Part shown: positions 24,807 to 51,490 of the stretch, in pieces | Position numbering within the stretch: position 1 is the stretch's first letter | Layout: the number at the start of each line of letters is the position of its first letter | Assembly (NCBI GenBank): GCA_964234715.1 | Contig: OZ174275.1 | Reading direction: 5' to 3' (one strand) | DNA length: 64,000 nt | Source of the DNA: Podarcis melisellensis | Taxonomy: Eukaryota | Position numbers and translations under genes: made by a program | Notes under the pieces: generated by a model | Seen by the model: the letters and a program-made list of their open reading frames with translations, nothing else | What the model was told of the DNA's origin: nothing | The model's database searches: none

Positions 24807-26672
24807 CCTTGGAGATATGGCTCCCTCCGTCTGGAGCTGAGCCTGGGCCTGCTCCGGAGAGGGAGCCTTGCCTGCCCCTGCTCCTAAATTAGCCTTCCCC
24901 TGCTCCCAACTCACCACTGGGGTTTGCATTATTACACAAACGCCCTATTTCGTACAGTCTTTCTCAAGTGGCTGCTGTCTCCCTCAGGAAGGAGCGTGGC
25001 ACCATCTGGTGCCATCTCTGGTAAGTGCCACACACACACACCATTCACACCCTTGAATGGGCTCACATCCTCCTTTTGCGGGGGGGTCCTATTCAATGCA
25101 GAGTCCCACCCTTCTTGAAGTCATCTCCTCTTCCTTTATTTGCAGCTCTGCTTAATTCCCCAACTACAACCTTGGGTCCTACATTGTTCCTCCCCACCAC
25201 CATACACAGAGGCAAGATCTCGCCTCTTCACTTTCCCTTTCTTCCGCTGGGGGAAAAGTTGTTGGCTCATGGCCAGGCATCCCCTGGAGAGATCCTACTT
25301 TATGCTTCCAAAATCAATGGAAAGAGGGCTGGGGTCAAAAAATTCTTACAGTTCCCACCAGCCACAATACTTCAGTGATCCTGCAGAGCAAAATAGTGCA
25401 AATTTGACTCTGAGCATTCTCCCCCCCCCCGCCCCAAATATTGAACCCCCGTATGCAAACGTCATCTACTTACGGGAAAGTCCCGCAAACTCCTCTGCCA
25501 ACCTACTGTAACAAAAGGACCATATGCAAGCCTGCAATAACAGATGTTTACAGAGCAGTAGAATGTAAGACATTAACAAGCTAGTTCCACTGACTCAGCA
25601 CTTGCAAACCCCCGCAGTAACATCCTAGCGCCGCGTGATCCTTTTAGGAGCTAATGAGCATGCACAATACTGTGCTCATAAAATGACCATAGAAATAACA
25701 GGAGGGCAAACAGTGATGCAGTGGCAATCTCTGACATGCATGCTTAGGTGCTAGGAGAAGCCGCCAACCAAGTTTTCAGTGCTTGCAAGAGAAACTGCTG
25801 TAACAATCTCCCTGCAGCGTCCCAAGAGAGACCCTACAGTAGGATATCACTGTGACAGCGCTTCTAAGCACCCACCAGTAACACATTAGCATATGAGAAT
25901 CTCCAGTGAAAAACAGCACCAGCACTCCTGACTTACCTTAAAATAATCAGCCTTCCGACGGAAGCCCCTTCCAATGCCCCTGAAGACCCTACACTACTAA
26001 GAAACCATAGTGCCAGCATTCCTGAGTGTTTCTGCAATAACAAGCCACAACCTTGCCACCACTCTGAATTATGGTGAAGTAGTAATGCTTTGTGCATAGT
26101 CCTAGCATCCCCAAATAAGTGACGTTACCAATATAGTACCAGCATCCTTAAAAATGCCTATAACCAGCATAAAGGAAAAAGAAGCAAACGCAGTTTTGAC
26201 TGGCATGGTGGAAGAGCATCTCTTGTCTGTTTAGCACGCTAGTGGAAAACTCTGGCCCTCCAGAAGCGGTTGGATTACGACTTGTGTCAGCCCCAACCAG
26301 ACATGGCCAATGATCAGAGATGACGGGAGCTGCAGTCCAACAGCATCTAGAGGGTCCATCAGCCTACCACACTTGTTTAATAGCTCATGGGTTTCCTGCA
26401 GCTTCTGAAAGAGCAGTTGCAGGATGGAGCACCTGAAGGGCCTGGGATGACATTCCAGAGCCTGTGAGGCTTAAAATGACAGGCATATTGATCCCGTTGG
26501 GGGAGAGGGGAGGCAGGAACTGAGAGATTCAGGGTGCCCATGATTGGGTGACTAACAGCAGGACCATTAGTTAAGTGTGCCCTCCTAACATGGGTTGGTG
26601 ACCCTGCCTTCCTGCCTGCCTATCCTTCCCAACACTTCTGTAACCAGGCAGGCATAATAGTTCCTCCCCCAC

Positions 26673-26678
26673 AATAAA
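26673..26678 (+). terminator. Candidate CARNS1 polyadenylation signal (3' UTR about 1.9 kb)
   Basis: AATAAA about 1.87 kb after the stop, followed by a CA cleavage context and a GT-rich stretch (ggtgttattt). Confidence 0.55.
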
Positions 26679-28785
26679 ATGCCGTGTAAAAACATCCAGA
26701 CTGCAGAGGTGTTATTTGCACCTGCCCCAGAGCTCAATACCCAATTGCTTACTGGCTGGTGAAAGAAAACCTGGCAGAGAATGAAGATCCGCTGAGAAGC
26801 AAGTGGACTTTGGAGGACTTCGCTGGATGGATAAGTCTCTTCACAGCCACCCCCCCCTCACCTCATGGACCTGTTCACTTCAGGGAGGCTTCCAGATGCT
26901 TCTATAAGAAGCTGCTCCCAAAGAGGGGGTGGTGGAAATAGCGTTCCAGAGTTTGGCTGTTCATCATCTTATGTGAAGAACAAAGACTGGCTTCATTCAG
27001 CACCCAGACCAGATGTTCTTTTCTGCACTGTTCTGCCCAAGGGTGTTCTCTCCTCTGACCTGGGGTGTTTAGAGCAGTTGAACCAGAATTTATCCCCTTC
27101 CCCGATTCCTGAAAGGAAAGAGCAGCTCTCCCTTTGTCTTAAGCACTTTGCAGGTTTAGGCAGAGCTACTCACTTGAACTGTTCTCTTTAACCAAAATGA
27201 CTGAGAGGAGGGGTTTGACATTCTCCAATAAGGAGGGTGAGGTAGGTGTAGCTGTCATTCTCTTACCTTGGTTCTGCTTTAACCAACCCCTCACCTACAT
27301 AGTTATGAATGACCTATGAAAAATAGTCTTCTCTGCTGCTTTGGAATGAATCCTGATACTTTTCAGGCCTTGCCATCGGAACCAAAGTTTCATTTGCTAG
27401 ATCTACCCCACACATTTCCTGCCTTCTCTTCACAAAACAATCTTTGTACTTAACTAAGACCAGCGAGCTCGTGAATTCTAGATACAAAACGTACCATGAA
27501 GAAACCTAATTACGTGACCGGAATGCAGTAGTCATATTGAAGAGAGGGAAAGAGAAATGGGAAAAAAGCTCTGGCAAACTTTCTCAATTTGCATGAACTT
27601 CTGCTCATGAAGTAATTCCATAATGTCATGGAATTTGTAATGCTTTGGCAGTGATGTAGCGTGAGAAAAGTGCTTCAGCAGGAAAGTGCTGGAGGGTAAA
27701 AAGTCCAAAGCTGTAAAATGAATTGGGGTAAGGGGTGCTGTTGGCAGAGGGACAGAGCAGTGGAGAAAGGGAGAGGAAGTAACTGCCAAGCCACTTCTGT
27801 TCAGCCATGGAGAATGCACAAGTCCCAGGCATTTGACATTCTGTAGCCTTAACCATTCTAAACCAGGGATACTGGGAGAGCTCAGAACTCAGGGAGCCCT
27901 GTCTTTTGACATCTAATCCATGCTAGTTCTTCCCTCAAAATAAGTGCCACGGGAAGAAAAACTTGGGGGGGGGGTGGAGAATGTCAAGAGCACATAAAAA
28001 TATTTTATTGGGCCAGTGCTTTTGTGTTCTCTTGGTTACCAAACACATCAGTGTGCTTTGTAAACGGCTGTGAATAAGCAGCATGCTGTCAGGCCAGTTA
28101 AATCTTGCAGGTTTTTGTGCTGCCTTGAAATGCACTCCCCACTTTTTATCCTCTCTTCCGTTTGAGCCTTCTATTCTAGTTTTTCAACAGGAGTGCCAGC
28201 GTGAAGGTCATTTGCTGACCACGTGGGTAGAAACAATGTTCACAATCTTGTGTGTCCTTCAGCATGTGTAACCCTATACCATACAGGGCTTTAGCGGCAG
28301 AATACGGAGGGCTGATCAAGCTGCATGTTAACCTACATAGATGAAGAATAAGAGGAAACTTACATCGGTCTTTATTAGTTAGGTAACATTTTAATGTATC
28401 CCCATGAGAGGATTGCCCGTGTTAGAAAAATCTACGCTTCCATTGGCCTTTGAGCTGGGAGCCTACCAAACGTCTCAGATCACAATGTAACTTCTATAAA
28501 TCTCTGGTGAATACCTAGTCTTCCTGCAGAACACTAAGAAGATCATGATGGGTGCTCCAGTGCTCCACCTCCAAAGCTGGTAATTGAAGGGGCCAGGAGC
28601 CACCTCTCTAAAGGCAGGATTTGGCACAGGAGTCTGTAGTTGCTGACTTCTATAAAGTCATATGGCAATAGATAGACTGAGATACCACCAGAATGTTTAG
28701 AACTGGACAACATATCTGGAGTGCCAAACCACAAAATGATTTTTATTAAGAAAAGAAGACAACAGCCACAGTGTCTATATTAATA

Positions 28786-29049
28786 CAGTGGTGCCTCGCA
28801 AGACAAAATTAATTCGTTCCACGAGTCTTTTCGTCTTGCGATGTTTTTCGTCTTGCGAAGCACGGTCCGTCGCAACTGCGCCTCTTCAAGCAGCTTTAGG
28901 AAAAAAGCGAACAAACTCGCAAGACGTTTTCGTCTTGCAAAGCAAGCCCATAGGGAAATTCGTCTTGCGAAGCGATGCAAAAACCGAAAAACCCTTTCGT
29001 CTTGTGCGTTTTTCATTTTGCGAGGCATTCATCTTGCAGGGCACCACTG
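28786..29049. mobile_element. Tc1/mariner-type MITE family B
   Basis: TIR CAGTGGTGCC..GCAAGA, TA TSD; related to 36815..37218. Confidence 0.85.
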
Positions 29050-29379
29050 TAAGTCTCAATGCCATAGTGAAGGACACAACAGAGGGCTTCTAGCATAGTG
29101 GAGGAGGTTCTCTACCAATGGTGCAGAGAACCTATCTTTGTAGAAAGATAGCCCACCCAACCTTACATCTAGAACTTATGGGGTCTCGGGTTTCTGCATG
29201 TCAGTTGCCCTCATGCTGCTAACCAATTAACTGCAGAATTAAAAACAACACATGCTAGTTAAAGAAACCACAGCTTGCTAAAGAGTAAGCAGTTAAACCA
29301 GTAAGTCTTACAGCTTTTTTAAAAGCAGAAAGTCCCTTAGAAGCTGATGTTTGGACTTCATAAAGTGAAGATACAAGGG

Positions 29380-30560
29380 GTATTATTTATACCTCACCCA
29401 TCTGGCTGGGTTTCCCCAGCCACTCTGGGCAGCTTACAGTGCATATAAAAGCATAGTAAAACAGCAGACATTAACAACTTCCTGATACAGGACTCCCTTC
29501 AGATGTATTCCAGAAGTTATGTAGTTCTTTGTCTCCTTGACGTCTGATGGGAGGGCGCCACTGCCAAGATGGCCCTCTGCCTGGTTCCCTGTAACTTTTC
29601 AAAGTGTGGGAGCTGCTAGAAGACCCTCAGAGGAGGACTTCGGTGTCCAGACTGAGCAATGGGGGTGGAGATGCTCCTTCAGGTATACTGAACCAAGGCT
29701 CTTTATTGGATTGATGCAGGGAGAGATGGCTCCAAAGGCATGCCAAGTCTCAGGCCCTGAGGAGCTTTAAAGGTAAGTCCCATGAATTGGCCCTGGAAGC
29801 TAACAGAATGACAGTGCAGAGGCCACAAGACTAACTGAATATGTTAATGCCTCCCAGAGTCCATCAGGAGATGAGCAAGAACATATTCCTGCAGCTTCTT
29901 GATGATCTTAAATGGAAACACCACAGGCCACATTGTAGTAGTCGAGCTATAAAAGCATGCATAAATGTAGGGGAGTACCTCCAAAAAGCAGTCTATGTAA
30001 CAGTCACCATTGGTAAAAGTTTCCTCTGGCTACCACCAATACTTCCTTATCCAGGAGTTGGATCCAGAACTATACCTAGATTACAAATGTATTCAAATCT
30101 GGATATCTCCACCACATCCATCATGGACACACTAATCACGTCCACAGCCTAGGTTTACCCCACCAGCAATATCTTGTCTGGATCCCTTTGGCTTTGCCCC
30201 TCTAGTTCACTCCTTCACAACCTCCAGACACTGGTTGCGTCAGCCTGTCAGTCCTGTCTGTTTAGCTAGTGATAGAGAATTCCAAGGCTGTCCCAGTGCC
30301 TTCATAGATGATGTAGACATTAAGCGGCATTAATAAGAAAAAGTCTTCTGGAACACCCCATGCCAAAGAGCATCACAAACGACAACTCGTTGAGGGTGGG
30401 AAAACAAAAAAGGAAAAATACTGAAAAGCCAGCTCCAAAAAGCTAGCTGTTCTTCCCATCTGATCCAAAGTATCAAAAGCCACTGAGAAGGCTAACAAGA
30501 TCAACAGGGTAATAAAGAGGACTTGGAGGGTTGCTAAAACTACTACGGAAAAACCCAACA
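29380..30560 (-). mobile_element. Degenerate L2-type LINE fragments
   Basis: Minus-strand LILLAFSVAFDTLD (RT motif like LDLSAAFDTID) near 30460-30510, with 3'-tail-like sequence near 29380-29500. Confidence 0.6.
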
Positions 30561-30594
30561 GTAAAGAGTCAAGGAAATAAGTTTCATCTAGAAA

Positions 30595-31020
30595 TGTTTA
30601 GCTCAGAAGACAGGAGATGAGGGAATGGACTTGATTGCTTTCATAAGGGGCTAAAAAATGCCATAAAGAAGATTGAGTAAAGTAGTACAAGAAACACACA
30701 AAATAGATTACTTCTTCATAGCACACATACTTGAAAACTACAGAATTTGCTGCTAGGAAATGTACTGACCGCTGACTTGCATGGCTTTAAAAGGGGTGTG
30801 CACAAATTAATGGAGGATAAGTCTCTCCATGGCTTCTAGCTACAATGGCTGTGTTACTTCTAGTAGAGGTAGTATGTCTACTAGATGCTGTGGAATACAA
30901 GTGGGGAGAGTGCTTTTCTGTTCTCATGTACTATTTGTGGGCATCCGTCAGCCATCCACTTGGCCACTGTGAGAACAGGATGCTAGGCTAGATGAGTTTT
31001 TGGCCTGATCCAGCTGGACC
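30595..31020 (+). mobile_element. Degenerate CR1-like 3' fragment
   Basis: ggctttaaaaggggtgtgcacaaattaatggaggataag..gccactgtgagaacaggatgct..ggcctgatccagc. Confidence 0.55.
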
Positions 31021-31910
31021 CCCCCACGTTTGTGGGGGCCCATCTATACCTACAAGTCTTAACATCTTTGAAAACTCCCAACATCACACTGCAGCTGTAA
31101 TCAATGTACTGGTGATAACTGCTGAACTACATGGGAGATTGTCTTTGGAATTTATAGACTGCTGGAAGTAATAGAATGTCATTCCCGCCTCCCACTTGCT
31201 GATCATGTAAAGTTTACATATTTTCCCTCCTTTCTGATTAGGTAAAGATTTTCCAAAAGCGGCAACAGGAATCAGAATTGATATGGCTGGTGGAATTCCT
31301 GCTGCTTATGCTTTACACATGCACCCATGTGGAAGTTATCTTTCTGCAATACAATTCCACATGGTGTGTGAATTTTGCAACCACGTGGTCAGGGCAGATT
31401 GTGTGGGGCCTTCCCCTGCAATCAGCAAACGACCCAAACTATGAGACTCACCCTCATATTTGCATAGGTTGATAAAATTGAAGAGTTGGAATGTTTCCCA
31501 AGGGTCATCTAGTCCAATTCCCCTGCGATGCAGGAATCTTAGCTTGTAGGTCCAAACCACGTGACATTGCATCAGAGAACAGTGGCTTCCATGTGGAATT
31601 TAACCAATGTTATGGATGCCTCTTAACATCTATTAGCATCTGTGAAAGCAGGTGACAACCAATCTCATCATGTTACACTTCATTTGATGTCATGTTACAG
31701 TAAAAAAAAATGTCTGATTCTAGTTCATCACCAATGGAGGCTTTGAGCTGCATATATGGGCTTCCAGAAAGCAGCTACGATAGTTCCTAATTCCACTTCT
31801 CTAGCACAATAATTAACTCTTCTCCACAGCAATATGTCAAAATCAAACCTTCTAAGCTTACTTGATCTCTAGAGGTAGACAGACCCATTAAAGTCCAGTC
31901 TGTCCCAGTA

Positions 31911-32136
31911 CAGTGGTACCTCGGGTTACAGACGCTTCAGGTTACAGACTCCACTAACCCAGAAATAGTATCTTGGGTTAAGAACTTTGCTTCAGGATGA
32001 GAACAGAAATCGTGTGGCGGCGGCGTAGCAGCAGTGGAGGCCCCCATTAGCTAAAGTGGTGCTTCAGGTTAAGAATAGTTTCAGGTTAAGAACAGACCTC
32101 AGTAACGAATTAAGTTCTTAACCCAAGGTACCACTG
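31911..32136. mobile_element. Tc1/mariner-type MITE family A, 226 bp, opposite orientation
   Basis: TIR CAGTGGTACCTCGGGTTA, TA TSD; reverse complement of the 20526 copy. Confidence 0.88.
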
Positions 32137-34440
32137 TACTACATGGGGATGGGTCTAAGTCCATCCTGTCCTGTTCCCATGCAGATTTTAAAGTGTTTGC
32201 ACATTGGTAGCCATGTTTCTGCTGTATAATTCACTCTGAGAGTGAGAGTGACAAGAAGCCCTGCTAACCACTCCAGGCTGTGGATGGCTGGAAGACTTCC
32301 CTGGGTCTTAAAAAAAATGGGAACAGAGGAAGTACTGTAGCACTCAGACCATCTCATAAAGGAGCCCACTGTAAAGTGGACTCATGATTCTATCCAAATC
32401 TTGATTTTCCCAGATGAGATCCAGTAACTCCAATTTGGAATCTGAATTTTGTGGATTCCTCCCTGCTAAGAGCTTTCAACTGCACGTCTCTAGTTACACA
32501 CCCACACACCCAACTAATAAACTTCACATAGCGCTTAGTTGCAATCTCCTAATCCACAGGCACCATTTTAATGCAAACACCAAATTTATCCACTGTTTTT
32601 GCAATAGTAGCTTCCAACTTAAAGTTTTATATACTCGGGAGCTGTTTAGAGCTAAGAGCTACTGCAGTAATAATCCTGTCTGTGTACACTCTACATGCTT
32701 TGTTTTTTGGAATCATAACCATTGTGGATTAAACCAAAATAGTGGTTTGAAGCCCTACAAAGCCAATGCAAATCGCAGAAAGGCAAGTATTACGTGAAGG
32801 ATCTTTTAAAGACGAATAACAAGGTTGTGTAACAGAAGTTAGATGTGCTTCCAGGGTATGGTCTGAAAGGAATATACAAAACCTTGTCAAACCTAAGTTG
32901 GTTTGGGTCTAGTCAGTACTTTGATGCAGTGTTTGAAATTCTCATTGTTCTAGGCACATTTTGCAACAGGGAATTTCATTAGTGCAAAGGTTCTGAGCTC
33001 TGGGTGCAGTACTACACCTAAGATTTCAGATTAAAACTGCAGAGTGGAAGGAAAGGAGGACCTTTTTGCCTTCCCCACTGCAGAAGAGACCCTCTTAAGA
33101 ATATTAGGGGGTGGGCAGAGGAAGGACTAGACCATGTGAAAAATGAATGTAATATTTTAACTGCAGTTCGTTCATTTTCAGCTTTGTAATCTTGTTATTA
33201 AAAAAGCTCACCTAGACATTCCGTTTTTGCGCCCATAACCTTGGTTTAAGGTGCCATTTAGCTCCTAGCTTTCATATTTCAGTTTCTAACACTGCTTTGA
33301 TGGGAGATTGGACAAGAACCCCATGTACATTACACCTTGAACTCTGGGGTGGAAGAAAGGTGGGGGTACAAACATAATATACGTTAAAAAATTTTAATTT
33401 AGAATTAGTCATATTACTAACTCAAACATCGGCACATCCCAAATAAGCCATTACTCCTACTCCACAGTGGCCTAATTAGGAAGCCCATATCAGCACAAGT
33501 GTTTTTGAAAACTGAAGAATAGATTGCTCTAGATTTCTGTCCTAGGAGATTTAATTTACTGCCTTTTTCTAAAAACAAACCAACTCAAGAATGTGTTAAG
33601 CGCACTCTTACTAGGCTGCAATCTTAAGCATATTTACAATGCAATAGTTTCCCCTGAACTCAGATGTATTTGGGTATGTCTAAGGCTGGTAGCTCCTAGC
33701 ACTACACAACCATTGCTCTACTATTGTAAGCTGTGTGCAATTTTGTACGCTTGCAATTTTCAGATTTCAGGAGTGCAGCACTCTTTGTCAGTATACATTT
33801 TCACTATCTTCCCATTCTGGTGAGCTTGACATGGTCTTGTGTGTGGAGACAGCAAATTAGAAGTGTTTAATAGCAAATTAGAAGATGAGGTGGGAAAGAA
33901 ACAGTACTAAAATGCTGCTTAATGGGAGGGGGGACCCGTGGTTTTTGTTTTTAAAAATTGTGTTAAAGTGCTTTTTCATTTGGTGCTGTGAAATTAAATT
34001 ATTGTGTAAAAAAATAAGCATGCTGATTAAATGCTGCCACTGGGAAAGGCAATGACAAATGTATGTCCAACCAGATGTGTGGTAATAGATTCACAACCAC
34101 ACTTTTTTTAAAAAAAAAGGTGGAATATTAGGTCCAAGGCAATCTATGAGTTGCATTCAACAAAGCACCGGGGTTTACTTTAAGATTATTGTCCCACTGA
34201 ACAAGCAGCCGGTAGGTACACTGTTCTCCCCTGAACTTTTTGTAGCTGAAAGAACATGAAAGATAGAAGAAGAAAGTAAGAATTAACAGAGAGAGAGAGT
34301 AGGGAATAAAAAACAACAGAGAATAAAGGAAACCTAGGAAATCTTGGGAAATGAAAAAAGAGTGATGGAGCAAAAATAGAGGTGAATATGAATGATGGAA
34401 GAATAAGGGGACCCCTCCCATTATTTTGGGGAAGAGATTA

Positions 34441-34646
34441 CAGTGGTACCTTGGTTTACAACCATAACCCATTCCGGAGGTAAACCAATACAGGTTGTAA
34501 CCCAAGGTGTGCTTTTGCCAATTGCCCCCCCCCCAAAAAAAGGGATTGTAATTTTAAAAAATGGATTGTAATCCTAAAAAAGGGACACACACTTCCGGGT
34601 TTGACGTGGTTGTAATCCAAAATGGTTGCAAACCAAGGTACTACTG
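34441..34646. mobile_element. Tc1/mariner-type MITE
   Basis: TIR CAGT(G/A)GTACCTTGGTTT, TA TSD. Confidence 0.82.
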
Positions 34647-36805
34647 TAGCTCACATTCTTAACATATAGTTGGGTTCTGAGATTCCCTTGTCACAGAAAG
34701 CAAAACTATGGATTTAGCCCCCACCCTAAGTTATAATTTTTGTGGCTAAAAGTTTTCCTGTTATAAATTGTTATCCCTGTAAAATATGTTGAAGATTATG
34801 TTTCTGTCTTTACCATTATGATATAGTAAGGCTTAACAGATCTTCACAAAATGGTTGCTCAAAACTAAATGTTTGTTGCCTCTAACACACATATTATTTA
34901 CAACACTGTCTGGAATAAGGTCCAGGATGCAAATGAATTAATATCAAAAGTACCTCTTGGCCTACCTTGTTCAGTCTGCAAAGCCTAGCAATCTGTTGGG
35001 CCTTGCAGAGGGCGGCCTCCTCTCAACCTTGGAGTCTCTCTGAGATGTTGCCTTCTACAGAACAGAACTTTCCAGAAGTCTGGTCCTGTGATATGAGTCT
35101 TCTTTTCAACATTTAGTTCTCCAGGTCAGGAGCAAAGCTCCAGGAATCCGTTATAGTTGAGAAAAGCAAACCAGAGGGTTGGAGAAGGAAGGTCAAGGAG
35201 CCAGCACAAAGAGCTGAAAGGAAAGTTGGGGGCCTGTCCTGTGATTTGTTGAAAAGGCAAGAACTAAATGTGTTTCGGAGGCCTAAGTTTTACTGAAGAG
35301 CTGAATCAGGAAGGAGTCACTTCAAAGCCTGAGCAGAACTCAGCTATGGCTGCTGGAGACTGCTTTAGGGCCACAGGTACCTGAACACTAAACTGCACCA
35401 CTTTGCCTTTGTAAAGAGTTTATTGCTGGCTAGGACAAGCACAAAGTCTCGAGGTGAAATTCTAACATGCACCTGTCCGAATAAAAGTTTGATCGTTTGA
35501 TTTTCTTGTTTGTATTAGCCCTTAACCCGGAACATTATTTTGCACACCACATATCTCTCTAGCTCGATAAAGCCCCATGGGAACATTGGATGAACTGTTG
35601 TTCCAAGGACTAGGGCCTTGATCCAGCTCTCTGTACAGGCAGCTCGTTGTATGTTACAACTGATGGGCCTGGATGCAGATGTACATCCTTCTGCACATTT
35701 AAAAAAAACACACACACACATCCACCCAGTTCAATGATGCTCATATGGTCAAAAACTTTGTGGACATCACAAACAAACCCACACTCCTAAAATGTTGAAC
35801 ATGTAAAACAAACCCTGAGGGCATGCTCACATAATTCTGAAATTGTTTCCAGTACATGCAGGAAAAGTATTCTGACAATCAAATATATATTTTGCAAAAG
35901 TGTCACACCTGTGAGTGGAAACTAGGCAGATGGAATGGAAAGATTGAATATCTTCTGTGTTCTTGGTGCTACAGCTTTTCACACCTAAGATTTACCAAGT
36001 GTTTATGCAAATAAACAACAGTCAGCAAATATGTTAAACATCTTTCATTTCCTCAGCATACCTTGTGATTTGTGCTGCAAGATTTGCTACACTTGCCAAT
36101 GCGGGCTATAGCTATGGTCTATTAGCACATTAACCTACTGGCAGCATGGTGTCACAACTTGATTTGAGGTGTGTAACAACAGCTATACTACCCCCAAACA
36201 AATAAATGGTAGAAAAATTAAGAAGTGGATTCTCAAATGCATTCTTGGTTGACCTAAGATGGATTCTGGGTCTGAAAATATTGAAGAGTTCTGGTTCAGC
36301 AAGACTCATTTCTGATCCATGTAAACGTAGAGGATAACATAGCAGTTCTTGGAACTATCACAAGAGGCCACTGTTGAACAACCTCACTCCATGGAAGAAA
36401 AGGTGGAATTTTTGCAGAGAAATTAAGAGTTGTGCAGATAGAAAAATATCAAATGACACACATAGCATAAACTTCTAGTAAAAGCAGAAAGCTGTCACCA
36501 GCCATGATTCCCTTATGGGCACCATGGCTTTGCGGTGTGATTCAGCTAACAACAAAGCCTGCAGGTTTAGCAACAAAATTAAGGCTATCTTGAACTGGCT
36601 CAAACTCCACAAAGCATGAGAACCAGAAGCTAAGGCTGATGTCTTCACATACATGCCTCTTGATCACTAGTCAGGTTGTGCAATGACACGTGCTGACTTA
36701 AACTTACCCTCCATGTACCCACACTTCTTGGCCTTTCAGGCCCAAATCTAGATGAAGATGGAGAGCAAAGATTCCCCAAGTTCTCCTGACCTTAAGGAGC
36801 ATATA

Positions 36806-37516
36806 GTAAAGGTACAGTGGTACCTCGCAAGACGAATGCCTCGCAAGACAAAAAACTCGCTAGACGAAAGGTTTTCCCGTTTTCGATTTGCCTCGCAAGA
36901 CGAATTTCCCCTATGGGCTTGCTTCGCAAGACGAAAACGTCTCGCGACGTCTAAAAACAAAGACATGTTTTGTTTATAAAGTTAATTTATTTTCCCTTCA
37001 GTTTTTGAACTGCTCTTTACAGTATGTGTGACTTTAAAGAGCAGTTAATAAACTGTTGTTGTACCAAATTTGGCTTTGTTTAGACTTTTTTTGACCATAG
37101 GAACGCATTAATTGATTTTCAATGCATTCCTATGGGATTTCGTGCTTCGCAAGACGAAAAATTCGCTAGACGACAAAAATTGCGGAACGAATTAATTTCG
37201 TCTTGTGGGGCACCACTGTAAAGGTACCCCTGACCGTTAAGTCGAGTCTGGACAACTCTGGGGTTGTGGCGCTCATCTCGCTTTACTGGCTGAGGGAGCC
37301 GACATTTGTCCGCAGACAGCTTCCAGGTCATGTGGCCAGCATAACTAAGCCGCTTCTGGCGAACCAGAGTAGCGCACGGAAATGCCATTTACCTTCCCAC
37401 TGGAGCGGTACCTATTTATCTACTTGAACTTTGACGTGCTTTCTAACTGCTAGGTTGGCAGGAGCAGGGAGAGAACAATGGGAGCTCACCCCATCATGGG
37501 GATTCAAACCTGTGTC
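36806..37516 (-). mobile_element. Sauria SINE with a nested MITE in its tail
   Basis: Homologous to 1235..1587; 16-bp TSD CCTTAAGGAGCATATA at 36790..36805 and 37517..37532. Confidence 0.9.
36815..37218. mobile_element. Tc1/mariner-type MITE family B, nested in the Sauria SINE
   Basis: TIR CAGTGGT(A/G)CC..CAAGACGA, TA TSD, internal CGCAAGACG repeats. Confidence 0.85.
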
Positions 37517-37745
37517 CCTTAAGGAGCATATACGCCTTACTAAATACAAGCCTGAGAAGCAAGAAGGGCAGGGTAAGCTGGTTGTGGTCAAGTTTATTAT
37601 TCTAGATTGGAAGCTGTAACATTCTGAAAGAGAAAAATGTTAATCCAATATCATGTTGAGGTTTCCCCCAGCAGGTAAGACGTCTGGGGTGGCTTTAAAA
37701 CCAAGCCAGATGGGTGGGGTATAAATAATAATTTATTTGAATTAT

Positions 37746-38030
37746 CAGTGGCAGGGCATCTGTTTTCCCTCCAGGTCTCAAGTTCAATCTTCAACATCTC
37801 CAGTAGGGCTGGGGCACACCCCAGGGATGGTCTGTTGTTTTTATTTTTATTATGTATTTTGCGGTTTTATATTTTGATTTTATTCTGTGAACTGCCCTGA
37901 GACCCCCAGGTATAGCGCGGTATATAAATTATTTTAAAAAACCCAAAAACCATGGAGAGGCGCTGCCAGTCGGTGTGCAGAATACTGAGCTAGTTGGACC
38001 CAATGGTCTTCTCAGTATAACGCTGCTTCC
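37746..38030 (+). mobile_element. Old tRNA-derived SINE interrupted by a LINE 3' tail (about 37830-37935)
   Basis: cagtggcagggcatctg..gttcaatc..agtagggctgg, resuming with ctgccagtcggtgtgcagaatactgagctag..cagtataa. Confidence 0.55.
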
Positions 38031-38149
38031 CGCGTTGGCTATAATGCAACCCGAGATGCTTGGTGGGGTTAAAACAGACTATAGTGCTTCAATTGGAGCA
38101 ACAAACGGAAGAGTTAAGCCCCTTCTGCCAACACACCACAAACGGCTGT

Positions 38150-38432
38150 GTGTGTGTAGAAAGGGGTGCGCGTGCAGGAAGGTGTTGCACTTCTCCCTCT
38201 TTATTCACAGTGTAAAATGGAGACGATCACTTCCCCCGCACCCTTAAAACAGGAAACCGGGAGTGAGGTGCGAGTGCGGCCACTCTTTTCCCGCCTCTCT
38301 ATGATACGCTCCCGCAGAAAGGGCGGAAGCCTCGGTCCCATGACGACGATAACACCCGCGTCGCTGGGGAGATGACGACACTCAAGGAGGCGGGGCCTGG
38401 AAGGCCGCGGGGGTAATCGGGGATCCCCTGCT
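38150..38432 (+). promoter_or_regulatory. CpG-rich TATA-less promoter / 5' UTR of RPS6KB2
   Basis: Local CpG enrichment, GC box GGAGGCGGGGCC (about 38386-38397), ETS-like GGCGGAAGC (38322), TGACG half-sites; lies directly upstream of the ATG at 38433. Confidence 0.75.

Positions 38433-51490
<13,058 letters not shown>

Noticed and set aside
23475-24929. Several 130-200-aa minus-strand ORFs
   Set aside because: Antisense shadows of the GC-rich CARNS1 last exon.
28786-29049. Regularly recurring TTCGTCTTGCG units resembling a CRISPR-like array
   Set aside because: Internal subterminal repeats of a mariner-type MITE in a vertebrate genome, with no constant repeat-spacer structure.
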